The notes beneath the pieces are model-generated. The model was not told where the DNA came from and ran no database searches. It saw nothing but the letters and a program-made list of their open reading frames with translations. From assembly GCA_034530875.2 (NCBI GenBank), contig JAVRCJ020000010.1, forward strand, positions 128,001 to 192,000: DNA of 64,000 bases. Direction: 5' to 3'. Of the stretch, positions 19,058 through 29,055 are shown piece after piece; the first letter of the stretch is position 1; every line of letters begins with the position of its first letter. The DNA comes from Nostoc sp. DedSLP01. GTDB taxonomy: Bacteria; Cyanobacteriota; Cyanobacteriia; Cyanobacteriales; Nostocaceae. The position numbers and the translations under genes are program-made.

Positions 19058-20074
19058 TTACTCAACCTTCGCCAAACGGCTAACGCGATACTGCTTCACT
19101 GTTTCTAACTCCATCTCTGTTGCTGAACTAAATGCACTCATCACCTCACCACAAACTTCTACTCTGGCTTCATAAGCACCTGATATACTGTTATCTGGAA
19201 GTGCAAAATCAATCCGAACTTCTGCCCAATTTGCATCGTTTTCCATCGCTAATACTTGGCCAGCTTTCCAATAATTTAGCCAATTCCAACCAGACTGCAT
19301 CCAAATTTCTCGCTCAGCAATTTGCTCAAATTTGTCGAGACCAGTCCATCCTCGATAATATTGGCGCAAACCAGAAACTGAGCTATTTCGCTTCACTAAT
19401 AAATCCAATACATCTACTTCTAAATGTCCCCACAAGCGTCCTTCAGGTAAATCAACTAAAGTAGGGGCAAATTGATGCCCTCCAAAGTGAGTTGTTCGCC
19501 ACACTCGTAATTTTCCTTTAGAAGCAGGAGCATAAACTTTACGTAATTGCCAATATATAGGAGTCCCAAATCTCCCACAAGCAAGGTCAACTTGAGCATG
19601 GGTGCAAACCATTAGTTCGCGAATGTGACTTGTTTGTTGTTGATATTGCTGAAATTCTGATAAATCGTTGGGTTGTTGCATTAACTTCTGAAATATTGCT
19701 GTGACTAAAGCAGCAGCTTTATTTACTGGAACAACAAACTCTTGTTTTTGAAATTCAGCAAACAGTTTTGCAGGTCGATAATAGTAGAAAATGCGGGTCA
19801 AGCTGGGATGAGAATACTCTCGGTCAGGAGCAATTAGCATCGGTTTTAACTTGATTCCATGCTGAAAAATTAACTCTTGAAATAAACCCATCAATGGCTT
19901 GGTAATCGGATTTTCTGCAAATATTTCTGGCGACCAAGGTTGTGGAACTTCCATAATCAACCAATACTCCCAAGTATCTGCTGTCCCAATTGGATCTTCT
20001 TCATTAGCTTTAGAAACTAACGAACAAAATCGGCAGTTAATAGGGTTAATTTGGTCAATATTTTTAGTTAGCAT
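19058..20074 (-). CDS. Sucrase/ferredoxin-like (Apd1/Aim32-type 2Fe-2S) protein
   Basis: EDPIGTA, LMVCTHAQVDLACGRFG, HFGGHQFAPT and YRGW. Confidence 0.88.
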   Translation of the reverse strand: MLTKNIDQINPINCRFCSLVSKANEEDPIGTADTWEYWLIMEVPQPWSPEIFAENPITKPLMGLFQELIFQHGIKLKPMLIAPDREYSHPSLTRIFYYYRPAKLFAEFQKQEFVVPVNKAAALVTAIFQKLMQQPNDLSEFQQYQQQTSHIRELMVCTHAQVDLACGRFGTPIYWQLRKVYAPASKGKLRVWRTTHFGGHQFAPTLVDLPEGRLWGHLEVDVLDLLVKRNSSVSGLRQYYRGWTGLDKFEQIAEREIWMQSGWNWLNYWKAGQVLAMENDANWAEVRIDFALPDNSISGAYEARVEVCGEVMSAFSSATEMELETVKQYRVSRLAKVE

Positions 20075-20113
20075 TTTTCTATTTATATTATAGTTCTATT
20101 AAAAAATCAAATA

Positions 20114-21001
20114 CTAATCAAGTTCCATTCCTTTTCGTATATCCCGATAAAAATTGTCATAAAAGTATTGGTGCGGCACTAATCTTTTATACAAAGCATA
20201 TAGAGTAAGGCGCAATGATGATTGCACGACAAAATATTGTCTTTTGGGTTTGCGAGCTTCCAAAGCCTGCAAAATTGTATTTGCCACTTTTTCCGCTGGT
20301 AACCCTGCACTGCGATTATCTTCTACCGAACCTTGCATATATATTTTGTAATTCTTGCCATATATCGCTTTAATTTCTGGTGACATATCCGCTAATGTTT
20401 GTTGATAACTAGCTTCTATTTTGTCAGCCTGTTCTGGTGTTATTATTCCTGCTGGCAATATGGAAATAACTTCAACTCCAGTAGAAAATAATTCCATTCG
20501 TAAAGAATCAGTAATGGCTTCGATCGCAAATTTTGAAGCAGATAACATACTTCTATAAGGTAGAGCTAATCTACCACAAATTGCACTGATATTAAGGATG
20601 CGACCTTTGGCTTGTCTAATCAATGGTAAGAATGCTTGCGTCACAGCAATTTGCCCAACAACATTAACTTCAAAATTAAATCTAACGTCATCTATTGGAA
20701 TACATTCCAAAGGCCCATCTACGGCTACAACTGCGTTATTAATTAAGGCGAATAATCCTTCTTCACCAACTGCAAGCGAAACAAACTCTGTAGCAGATTT
20801 AATTTCTTCCGCTTTTGTGATGTCCATAATAATTGGTGTCAAATTACCAGATGCAGCTTGCTTTAGTGAGTGTGCATCTTTCTCGCTGCGGACTCCAGCA
20901 AAAACGCGATATCCTTGTTTGGCTAATAAAAGTGCAGTTGCTCGACCTAAACCTGTGGATGTTCCTGTGATAACGACTGCACCTTTATGACTCTGATTCA
21001 T
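20114..21001 (-). CDS. SDR-fold protein with a degenerate active site
   Basis: TGTSTGLG Rossmann motif is present, but the protein has NNAV, ISAI and MLSASK where NNAG, ISS and YxxxK are expected. Confidence 0.85.
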   Translation of the reverse strand: MNQSHKGAVVITGTSTGLGRATALLLAKQGYRVFAGVRSEKDAHSLKQAASGNLTPIIMDITKAEEIKSATEFVSLAVGEEGLFALINNAVVAVDGPLECIPIDDVRFNFEVNVVGQIAVTQAFLPLIRQAKGRILNISAICGRLALPYRSMLSASKFAIEAITDSLRMELFSTGVEVISILPAGIITPEQADKIEASYQQTLADMSPEIKAIYGKNYKIYMQGSVEDNRSAGLPAEKVANTILQALEARKPKRQYFVVQSSLRLTLYALYKRLVPHQYFYDNFYRDIRKGMELD

Positions 21002-21061
21002 ACCTATTTACTCCCAGAATAAATGTATTTTTATACTCGAAAAGCTATATTTAGAACTAGT

Positions 21062-22480
21062 CTATGCTCTCGAAGAAACTGGAGAGTCTTCTTTGTTCCC
21101 TGCTCCCCATTCCCTCTGCTCTTCTGCCTCTTTTTGACGCCGACCGTGCATAAACATCTTCACACCACTCTTGGCGTAACATTGATCGTTAGAATGCTTT
21201 TGTCGTTCTGGTCGCTTGTTAACCAGTTCTAATTTATAGTTTGAAAGAACTGTTGCTAACACAAGCTTCATTTGAAAGATAGAAAAAGACCCTGCAATAC
21301 AACTACGAGCGCCGCCACCAAAGGGGATAAATTCATAAGGAGAGAATTTTTTTTCTAGAAAGCGCTCTGGCTTAAATTGTTTCGGCTCTGGGTACACATC
21401 TTCACGTTGATGTGTTGAGTAAATATTGGTAAACAGTACTGTACCAGGAATTAACTCATATCCCATAAGTTCCACTGGTGACACTACTACTCTTGCTAGC
21501 GAGAACATTGAACTTGGGTAAATTCGTAAAGTTTCGTGGCAAACAGCATTAAGATAGGGCAATGCCACAATCTTCATCGGATCTGGGTTTTTACCAAGGC
21601 TATCGAGTTCCTCAAGCAATTGCTCGCGAACATCTGTTAAATAATGAACCCAATATAATAACCAGGTAAGCGAATCTGTTGCACCATTATTACTTGCTGA
21701 TATAGGCAAAAATAGGAGATCGCGCACTTCTTCATCGCTTAATGGTTTACCTGTTTCATCACTAGCAAATATCAGGTCGGAGAGCATATCAATCCGTGAA
21801 GGATCTGCTTGCTTGCGGCGTTGTTTCACTTCATCGTATAAAAATTGAAAAATTTCTTTCAGCAGATACTTATGGTATCCCCACGGACTTAGACGACCTA
21901 AATCCACTTGTGTAAAAGGCAATTTTTTTAATATCTCAAACAGAGCAGATTTTTCATATTTCATGCAAGAGCTATATAGACGTTTTATTTTTTCGTAGCG
22001 CTCTCCTTCTTGTAATCCAATCACAACCTCTATAGCTACTTGCAAGGTGATTTTTGATAACACTTCATTGGCAATGAAAGTTTTTGCTATCGCCTGTTGA
22101 CTAATAATTTTTTCTGTGATTTCACAAATACTTTTTCCAGTAGCGTTCATTCGCTCTCCGTGGTAAGCCTTCATCAAGAGAGGACGACGATGTTTGTGAA
22201 CTAAACCATCAATATGAAGGATTCCTTGCTGTCCTATCTGTCCGACTGTAATGGGGGAATCTCCTGGAGGAACAGTAGAAATTGTAATTTCTTTAGTATT
22301 AGTTAAATACTGCTTTATTGCTGAGGGATTGCTAACATAAACTATCGGTCTCGAACCAGACATTATAGTTACAATATCGCCATAGCGTTTGTAAATAGCA
22401 TCTAAACAGCCAAGCGGATTATTATCGAGCTGCTGACGTAGCAGCCATAAAGGTGTTTTCGGCCCTGGTGGTAGTGTCAT
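21062..22480 (-). CDS. Cytochrome P450 (CYP110-like) with a non-canonical I-helix
   Basis: ETLR (ExxR), PERF and the heme motif FGGGARSCIA. The I-helix reads ASNNGAT. Confidence 0.92.
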   Translation of the reverse strand: MTLPPGPKTPLWLLRQQLDNNPLGCLDAIYKRYGDIVTIMSGSRPIVYVSNPSAIKQYLTNTKEITISTVPPGDSPITVGQIGQQGILHIDGLVHKHRRPLLMKAYHGERMNATGKSICEITEKIISQQAIAKTFIANEVLSKITLQVAIEVVIGLQEGERYEKIKRLYSSCMKYEKSALFEILKKLPFTQVDLGRLSPWGYHKYLLKEIFQFLYDEVKQRRKQADPSRIDMLSDLIFASDETGKPLSDEEVRDLLFLPISASNNGATDSLTWLLYWVHYLTDVREQLLEELDSLGKNPDPMKIVALPYLNAVCHETLRIYPSSMFSLARVVVSPVELMGYELIPGTVLFTNIYSTHQREDVYPEPKQFKPERFLEKKFSPYEFIPFGGGARSCIAGSFSIFQMKLVLATVLSNYKLELVNKRPERQKHSNDQCYAKSGVKMFMHGRRQKEAEEQREWGAGNKEDSPVSSRA

Positions 22481-22631
22481 AAATCTTGTTTATTTCTATG
22501 ATTTTTCAGAAGTCAAAATTGAAAAGTAAAACAGGTTTTAGTCACGGTTTTTAAATTTATCATGTGTAATTGAGGAAGTTGAAATCGACTGTATATATCA
22601 ATAGAATAAACTGAAAACTAAAATCCAAAAG

Positions 22632-24014
22632 CTAAACTAAACCAGCAGCTAATGGTTGCAACTTTCCTCGGTCTTGTCGGCGACTACGCATCACCATTTT
22701 CACGCCGCTTGCAGGAGAACAAATCAAACCGGCAAATTTGGGACGTTCTGGCCGCTGACTAACTAGCTCTAATTGATAGCGTGAAAGAATCGTTGCTAAT
22801 ATAAGTTTCATTTCAAATAAAGCAAAATTTGCACCAATGCACACGCGAGAACCGCCACCAAATGGCAGAAATTCGTAAGGAGAAAATTGTTTTTCTAAAA
22901 AGCGTTCTGGCTGAAATTCTTTTGGATTTGGATACAAATCATCTCGCTGATGGGTTGAATAAATATTGCCAATAACTATTGTTCCGGGATGTAGTTCGTA
23001 CCCCATTATTTGAATGGGAGATTCTACTAATCTGGGAAATGTAAATAATTGAGTTGGATAAACCCGTAAAACTTCATTACATACAGCATTTAAATACGGT
23101 AGTGTAACAATACTCATTGGATCTGGATTTTCACCCAGACTATCAATTTCTTTGAGTAATTTTTCTCTAACATCTTTTAAACGATGAATCCAATACAAAG
23201 CCCAACTAATAGCAGTTCCAGAAGCATCACCAGATGCAAATATAGGTGATATTAAAAGGTCGCGTACTTCTTCATTACTTAATGCTTGACCTGCTTCATC
23301 ACGAGCCAATAACAAATCGCTAAGTATATCGGTATGTGAAAAATTTGGTTGCTGGCGACGTTCTTCAACCTCAGTCAATAATAATTGAAAAAGTTCTCCC
23401 CGCAGGTGCAGGAAATATCCTTGTGGACTCCAGCTCCCTAAATCTTTTTCTCCAAAAAGATTGCTAATAATTTTAAGTATAAGAGATTGGCGATCGCGTT
23501 TAAGCAAAGATGCAAATAAATCTTTAATTTTATTGTAACGCTCTCCTTCTGCCAAACCTATTACACGCTCTATACCCACTTTAAAAGTAATATCTTCAAT
23601 AACCGGGTATGCAACAAAAGGCTTGCCAATTAGTTGTTTACTCATCATCTTTTCTGTGAGTTCGCAGATACCTTGTCCGCAAGCTTGCATCCGCGCTCCA
23701 TGAAAAGCTTGCATTAAAAGTTTACGCCGATTTTTGTGAATTAAACCATCAAGTTGCAGAACTCCTTGGTTTCCTGTAATAAAAGCAAAGTCTTCGTTTA
23801 ATGCACCCCTAGCTATAATTTCTTTAGTATTTGTGAAAATTTCTTTTATGCCTAAAGGATTGCTAATATAAACAATTGGTGTATAACCAGACATGATAGT
23901 GACGATATCACCATAACGCTTGTCAATAGCATCCAAATAGCTAAAAGGATTAGACTCAAATTGTAGACCTAACAGCCAAAATGGTGTTTTTGGCCCTGGG
24001 GGTAGTTTTATCAT
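22632..24014 (-). CDS. Cytochrome P450 (CYP110-like) with a non-canonical I-helix
   Basis: EVLR, PERF and FGGGSRVCIG. The I-helix reads ASGDASG. The start overlaps the NRPS stop (ATGA). Confidence 0.93.
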   Translation of the reverse strand: MIKLPPGPKTPFWLLGLQFESNPFSYLDAIDKRYGDIVTIMSGYTPIVYISNPLGIKEIFTNTKEIIARGALNEDFAFITGNQGVLQLDGLIHKNRRKLLMQAFHGARMQACGQGICELTEKMMSKQLIGKPFVAYPVIEDITFKVGIERVIGLAEGERYNKIKDLFASLLKRDRQSLILKIISNLFGEKDLGSWSPQGYFLHLRGELFQLLLTEVEERRQQPNFSHTDILSDLLLARDEAGQALSNEEVRDLLISPIFASGDASGTAISWALYWIHRLKDVREKLLKEIDSLGENPDPMSIVTLPYLNAVCNEVLRVYPTQLFTFPRLVESPIQIMGYELHPGTIVIGNIYSTHQRDDLYPNPKEFQPERFLEKQFSPYEFLPFGGGSRVCIGANFALFEMKLILATILSRYQLELVSQRPERPKFAGLICSPASGVKMVMRSRRQDRGKLQPLAAGLV

Positions 24015-27000
24015 TTTCTTTTACTCCCATTATTTAGATTGCACGCAACATTATCAATACAAACTCTCAAAGTTTTAGCTAATTCTTGAATATGAGGTTC
24101 CACAAAAATTGAGAAATGATCTCCAGGAACTTCGATAACTTTAATAGGTTGACTAGAATATTTACCCCAACCTAATAAGAGGTCATCAGTATGAAATTCT
24201 GAGCTTTCAAAATCATGAATAATCTCTTCTTTAGCTCGAAATAAAGTCATGGAATGAGGATAAACGAGTGGGAAATAATCTCGCATTGCTTGGACATGAA
24301 CTTTGAAGAGTTTGTAATAACGGATAAAATCTTTAATTTCTGTATCAGTAAAGATGAAATTTGCTTTTTGATTAATCAAAGCAAGTTGTTCGTTGAGTGA
24401 TAAATCTCGCAGTTCTTCAAAAGAAACTGAAAAATCTATATTACTATCGGTTTTGATTGATTCAGCCATACGGAGTAAAAATTTAGCATCATCATCTTTT
24501 GTAGATTCGATGCGTGTTTCTGAAAGTATGGCATCAATTACAACTAACAAATCTACTCTTTCACCCTGTCTTTGTAATTGCTGCGCCATTTCAAAAGCAA
24601 GTACGCCACCGTAACAATGACCGCCTAAAAGATAAGGGCCGTTTGGCTGTATTTTACGAATTTCTTGCAGGTAGTAACTTGCAGTTTCTTCTACTGAAGT
24701 AATTTCAGGTTCCTCTGTATCGGGGTTATGTTCCAAAGCGTAAAATGGATAATCTTCACCAAGCCTTCGAGATAAATTAATATAGTGATTAATGCCTCCA
24801 CCAGCGCCATGTATACAAAAGAAAGGTAGCTTGTAATCAGAAGAGTTAATTGCTACTACAGGAGAATTAGAACTCTCGCGGAATGGCTGACTAACAATTG
24901 CAGCTAATTTTTCAATTGTGGGATTTTCAAAAAGAGTAGATAAGCTCAGGTTATGGCCAAATCTGTCTTGAATTTGAGCCATTAACCGTACAGCTAAAAA
25001 TGAGTGACCGCCCAAGTTAAAGAAGTTATCTGTTACTCCAATAGGACTAGTATTTAGGAGATTTTCCCAAAGTTTTACTAATGATAACTCTGTAAAATTC
25101 CGGGGAGCAATTAAAGTTTTAGTAGTATTTGCTTTGGTAACTTCATCTATAGGAAGAGAACGCTTATCTACTTTGCCGTTAGGTGTAAGTGGTAGTGCAC
25201 CTAAGACCACAAAGGCAGAGGGGAGCATATAATTAGGCAATTTTTGTTGCAAATATGGCAACAATTGTGTGGTTATGTCCTGTTTGTCTGTGACAATATA
25301 TGCAATTAAACGTTGATTTTCTTCAGCATCACTAACCGCAATTACAACAGAATCTCGCACGTCTGTATGTTGTGTAATAACACTAGCGATTTCACCTAAT
25401 TCTACTCGAAAGCCTCTAATTTTTACTTGTTCGTCATAACGACCCAAGTATTCGAGATTCCCATCAGATAGGTAACGCGCTAAATCGCCTGTTTTGTAAA
25501 GCTTTGTTCCCGAAATAAATGGGTTATTAATAAATCTTTCTTGGGTTAATTCCGGACGATGTAAATATCCCCTCGCTAAACCATCACCACCAATATAAAG
25601 TTCGCCTACAACTCCTAAAGGTGTTGGCTGTAAATTGCGATTTAACACATAAGCTTGAGTATTATCGATAGGACGACCGATAGGGACGGTGTTTGCTTGG
25701 TCTTGTAATAAACTGGTGTCGTAGTAAGTGGCGTTAGCAGAAACTTCCGACGAACCGTAAAGGTTGATTAGTTTCGCAAATGGCATGACTTCTCGGAAAG
25801 TTTTAGCTAAGTTAATAGATAGTGCTTCGCCGCTAGTTATCCAGAGTTTTAGTTGTGATAATTTCTCGATTTGATAATGATAATTATCTAAAAGTAAACG
25901 TAGTAATGAAGGTACAACTATAATCCGAGTAACTTGGTAATGCGCTAAAGCCTCTATAAATAACTGCGGGTCTAGTAGAGTTACATTGCTAATAATTACT
26001 GTAGGAATTCCCTGAAGTAAAGGAGCAAAAATTTCCCAAACAGAATCTACGAAACTAATTGCTGTTTTCTGACAACAAACTTCTTCTGAGGTGAAAGGAT
26101 AAGTTTTCCATAGCCAGTGTAAGCCATTTACTGTTCCGCGATGAGTGCCAAGAACACCTTTTGGCTTTCCAGTTGAGCCAGAAGTGTATATGATATAAGC
26201 GAGATGTTCGGGTTTAGAAATATTGATGGGGTTTTCTAGACTTTGTTGAGCAATTTCGTCTTTGTGGATATCAAGGCAAACAATTTTAGGCGAAGATAAT
26301 GATAGTTTCTCTAATATTTCTTGATTGCTAATTAATATCGATGCTTGAGAATCCGAGAGCATAAAATTTAAACGCTCAACTGGATAACTTGGATCTAGAG
26401 GAATGTATGCACCGCCAGCTTTGAGAATAGCTAAAATTGCCACTACCATGTCTATTGAGCGTTCTAGACATATAGCAACTAAAGTTTCTTTGGTTACACC
26501 CTGCTTTTGTAAATAATTTACCAGCTGATTAACTTGATAATTAAGTTGACAATAAGTTATTTGTTCAGACTGATGAATTAACGCTATAGAATTAGGTGTT
26601 AGTTCAACTTGTTGTTCAAATAGTTGGTTGAGAGATAAATCTTTATATTCTGTACTAGTTTGATTGAATTTAAATAATAATTGTTCTTGCTCAGTATTCG
26701 TTAGTAATGATAACTCACAGACACACTGCTCTGGATTTTCAACGATGTTTTCTAATAAAGTTTGGTAGTTATTTATAAATTGATTAATAGTTGTTGCATT
26801 AAAAATATCTGTATTGTATTCCAAACAACCTGTTAATCCCTCTTGGGATTCAAACATCGACAGGAAAATATCTAGTTGAGATGTACCGCTATCAAAGTCT
26901 AAAGTACGTAAAGTTAATCCAGATACTTCTTGCACGTTTGTTGGAGTATTTTGCAGAACGAACATGACTTCATAAAGTGGATTTCGGCTTAAGTCACGTT

Positions 27001-28120
27001 CGGGCTGCAATTCTTCTACAAGCATCTCAAAAGGCAAGTCTTGATGTGCATAAGCATCGAGAGTTACCTGACGGACTTGGTGTAGAAGTTCGCGGAAGGT
27101 GGGATTACCACTGAGGTTATTACACAATACTAAAGTATTAACAAATAAACCCAACATTCCTTCTAATTCGGCTCGGTTGCGGTTGGCAATTGGAGAGCCA
27201 ATTATGATATCTTCTTGGTCTGTATAGCGATATAATAATATATTAAAAGCTGCCAGCAAGGTCATAAATAATGTGGCATCTTCTCGCTGGCTTAATTGTT
27301 TCACCGCATTAGTTAAGGTTGTGGAGAATGTGAAATATTGCTTGGCACCTGCAAAAGTTGTGATGCTAGGTCGCGGACGGTCTGTGGGTAGTTGGAGTGT
27401 AGGAAGTTCGCCGCTTAGTTGTTGCTTCCAGTATTTTAACTTGGTGGCGAGGAATTCTCCTTGAATGCGATCGCGCTGCCAAATTGCGAAATCTGCATAC
27501 TGAATTGGCAATTCGGGTAAGGGAGAAGGTTGATTTCTGGAAAAAGCTGTATATAGCGTTGACAACTCGCGCAAAAACACGCCACAAGACCATCCATCGG
27601 TGATAATGTGATGCATGGTCACAAGCAAAACGTGTTCTTGTTCATTTAAGCGTAATAAAATTGCTCTTACTAAAAGTCCTTTAGTTAAATTAAAGGGTTT
27701 TGTTGCTTCTTTGGCTACAATTTGTTTAACCTCAGATTCCCAATCCCGATCTGATAAATATTCTAGATTAATAATGGGAAAATCCCAAGTGAAATCAAAT
27801 GCAATTTCTTGCACTGGTTGTCCATTTACAAGTCTAAATGTTGTGCGCCAAATTTCGTGACGTTTGAGGATTTCATTTAGGCTTTGGTGAAGTGCGGTAA
27901 TATTTAATTTTCCTTTTATATGAAAAGCGATGGGAATATTGTAGAAGGAACTTCCGTGGTAAAGTTGGTCAATAAACCATAGTCTTTGTTGGGAGAATGA
28001 TAAAGGAATGTTGTGAGATGTTTGCCGTTTGGGAATAGTATCAGCTTGGAATTTGCCTCCTTTCCATTTTTCTAAGAGGGCTTTTTTGGCTGGGGATAAA
28101 TTAGTGTTATTTTTATTCAT
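24011..28120 (-). CDS. Terminal NRPS module C-A(beta-Ala predicted)-PCP-TE(Cys)
   Basis: C domain HHIITDG. A domain YTSGSTGKPKG with a by-eye code VDWIISLANK. PCP GGHS. TE motif GHCYG and C-terminal GDH. Confidence 0.93.
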   Translation of the reverse strand: MNKNNTNLSPAKKALLEKWKGGKFQADTIPKRQTSHNIPLSFSQQRLWFIDQLYHGSSFYNIPIAFHIKGKLNITALHQSLNEILKRHEIWRTTFRLVNGQPVQEIAFDFTWDFPIINLEYLSDRDWESEVKQIVAKEATKPFNLTKGLLVRAILLRLNEQEHVLLVTMHHIITDGWSCGVFLRELSTLYTAFSRNQPSPLPELPIQYADFAIWQRDRIQGEFLATKLKYWKQQLSGELPTLQLPTDRPRPSITTFAGAKQYFTFSTTLTNAVKQLSQREDATLFMTLLAAFNILLYRYTDQEDIIIGSPIANRNRAELEGMLGLFVNTLVLCNNLSGNPTFRELLHQVRQVTLDAYAHQDLPFEMLVEELQPERDLSRNPLYEVMFVLQNTPTNVQEVSGLTLRTLDFDSGTSQLDIFLSMFESQEGLTGCLEYNTDIFNATTINQFINNYQTLLENIVENPEQCVCELSLLTNTEQEQLLFKFNQTSTEYKDLSLNQLFEQQVELTPNSIALIHQSEQITYCQLNYQVNQLVNYLQKQGVTKETLVAICLERSIDMVVAILAILKAGGAYIPLDPSYPVERLNFMLSDSQASILISNQEILEKLSLSSPKIVCLDIHKDEIAQQSLENPINISKPEHLAYIIYTSGSTGKPKGVLGTHRGTVNGLHWLWKTYPFTSEEVCCQKTAISFVDSVWEIFAPLLQGIPTVIISNVTLLDPQLFIEALAHYQVTRIIVVPSLLRLLLDNYHYQIEKLSQLKLWITSGEALSINLAKTFREVMPFAKLINLYGSSEVSANATYYDTSLLQDQANTVPIGRPIDNTQAYVLNRNLQPTPLGVVGELYIGGDGLARGYLHRPELTQERFINNPFISGTKLYKTGDLARYLSDGNLEYLGRYDEQVKIRGFRVELGEIASVITQHTDVRDSVVIAVSDAEENQRLIAYIVTDKQDITTQLLPYLQQKLPNYMLPSAFVVLGALPLTPNGKVDKRSLPIDEVTKANTTKTLIAPRNFTELSLVKLWENLLNTSPIGVTDNFFNLGGHSFLAVRLMAQIQDRFGHNLSLSTLFENPTIEKLAAIVSQPFRESSNSPVVAINSSDYKLPFFCIHGAGGGINHYINLSRRLGEDYPFYALEHNPDTEEPEITSVEETASYYLQEIRKIQPNGPYLLGGHCYGGVLAFEMAQQLQRQGERVDLLVVIDAILSETRIESTKDDDAKFLLRMAESIKTDSNIDFSVSFEELRDLSLNEQLALINQKANFIFTDTEIKDFIRYYKLFKVHVQAMRDYFPLVYPHSMTLFRAKEEIIHDFESSEFHTDDLLLGWGKYSSQPIKVIEVPGDHFSIFVEPHIQELAKTLRVCIDNVACNLNNGSKRK

Positions 28121-28155
28121 TGATAGTATTTAATGAGAAGTTAAAGATATTTTGC

Positions 28156-28238
28156 ACGCAGAGACGCGGAGGCGCAGAGAGGAGGGAGAGGAAAGATTTT
28201 CTTTTCCCACTCCTTACTCCCTACTCCCCACTCCCTAC
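28156..28238. repeat. Short-repeat cluster (cgcagag/cgcggag units and CCCCACT-like 7-mers)
   Basis: acgcagagacgcggaggcgcagagagg followed by cccactc/cttactc/cctactc/cccactc/cctac. A related inverted unit (ctctccgcgactctgcgt) occurs near 36774-36791. Confidence 0.55.
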
Positions 28239-28994
28239 ATTTAGAGAGGCTTTTTGACAAACAAAGCAAGCTATGTCTTCGCTTTCTCCAAAGTCTCTGG
28301 TGTTATAGTAATTAAATTGGTTGAAGCCGGCATCTTTTAAAGCTGATTCAACTTCTGCTAAAAAGTGATCTTTTCTTAACCAAACGGTGTCCGAACGCTG
28401 CCAGTTTTTATCTATTAGTTCAAATCCTGTGACTTTAATTTCCCAAAGCCTGTCTTCGGGTTTGTAGTAGAATAACTCTATTAATGAACCGCGATCGCTA
28501 ATATTGACAATATTAAAATTGTTGTTCTGAGCAGCTTCATGTAGCCAGTCTGTTATAGGGATATTGAACACAAATACACCGCCATCCTTAAGTGCGGTAT
28601 ATACGTTTTTGAATGCTGCTTTCAAATCTTCTTTGTTATGAATGAAATGAAAAACATCATTGGCTAAAGCAGCATCAAAGATAGGTGGTAAATGAAACTG
28701 ACGTATATCGCTAAGGATAAATTCACTTTCAGGCGCGTTTTTTCTAGCGTAGTTTAGCATACCTTCAGAAGCATCTATTCCAGTAACTTTATATTTTCTG
28801 ATGTTAAGCTGTTGCGCTAAATATCCCGAACCGCAACCAAGTTCAAGAATATGGCTTTCTGGAAAAAGTTGTGATAACAATATTTGGTCTAAAGCAGGTA
28901 ATATACCTTGTACTAAAACTTCAGGTGTATTCTTGAATTCGTTCTGTAATCTAGCGATGGGTTCATAGTTGGGCAAGGTATTTAGTAAAGACAT
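28221..28994 (-). CDS. Class I SAM-dependent methyltransferase
   Basis: ILELGCGSG, GIDASEGML, SDIR and LKDGGVFVF. Confidence 0.9.
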   Translation of the reverse strand: MSLLNTLPNYEPIARLQNEFKNTPEVLVQGILPALDQILLSQLFPESHILELGCGSGYLAQQLNIRKYKVTGIDASEGMLNYARKNAPESEFILSDIRQFHLPPIFDAALANDVFHFIHNKEDLKAAFKNVYTALKDGGVFVFNIPITDWLHEAAQNNNFNIVNISDRGSLIELFYYKPEDRLWEIKVTGFELIDKNWQRSDTVWLRKDHFLAEVESALKDAGFNQFNYYNTRDFGESEDIACFVCQKASLNVGSGE

Positions 28995-29055
28995 AGACTA
29001 TTTTTCCTGTTGTTGGCTAAAGTTTTGAATGAAATACTTTATGCTTGAAACTTTA

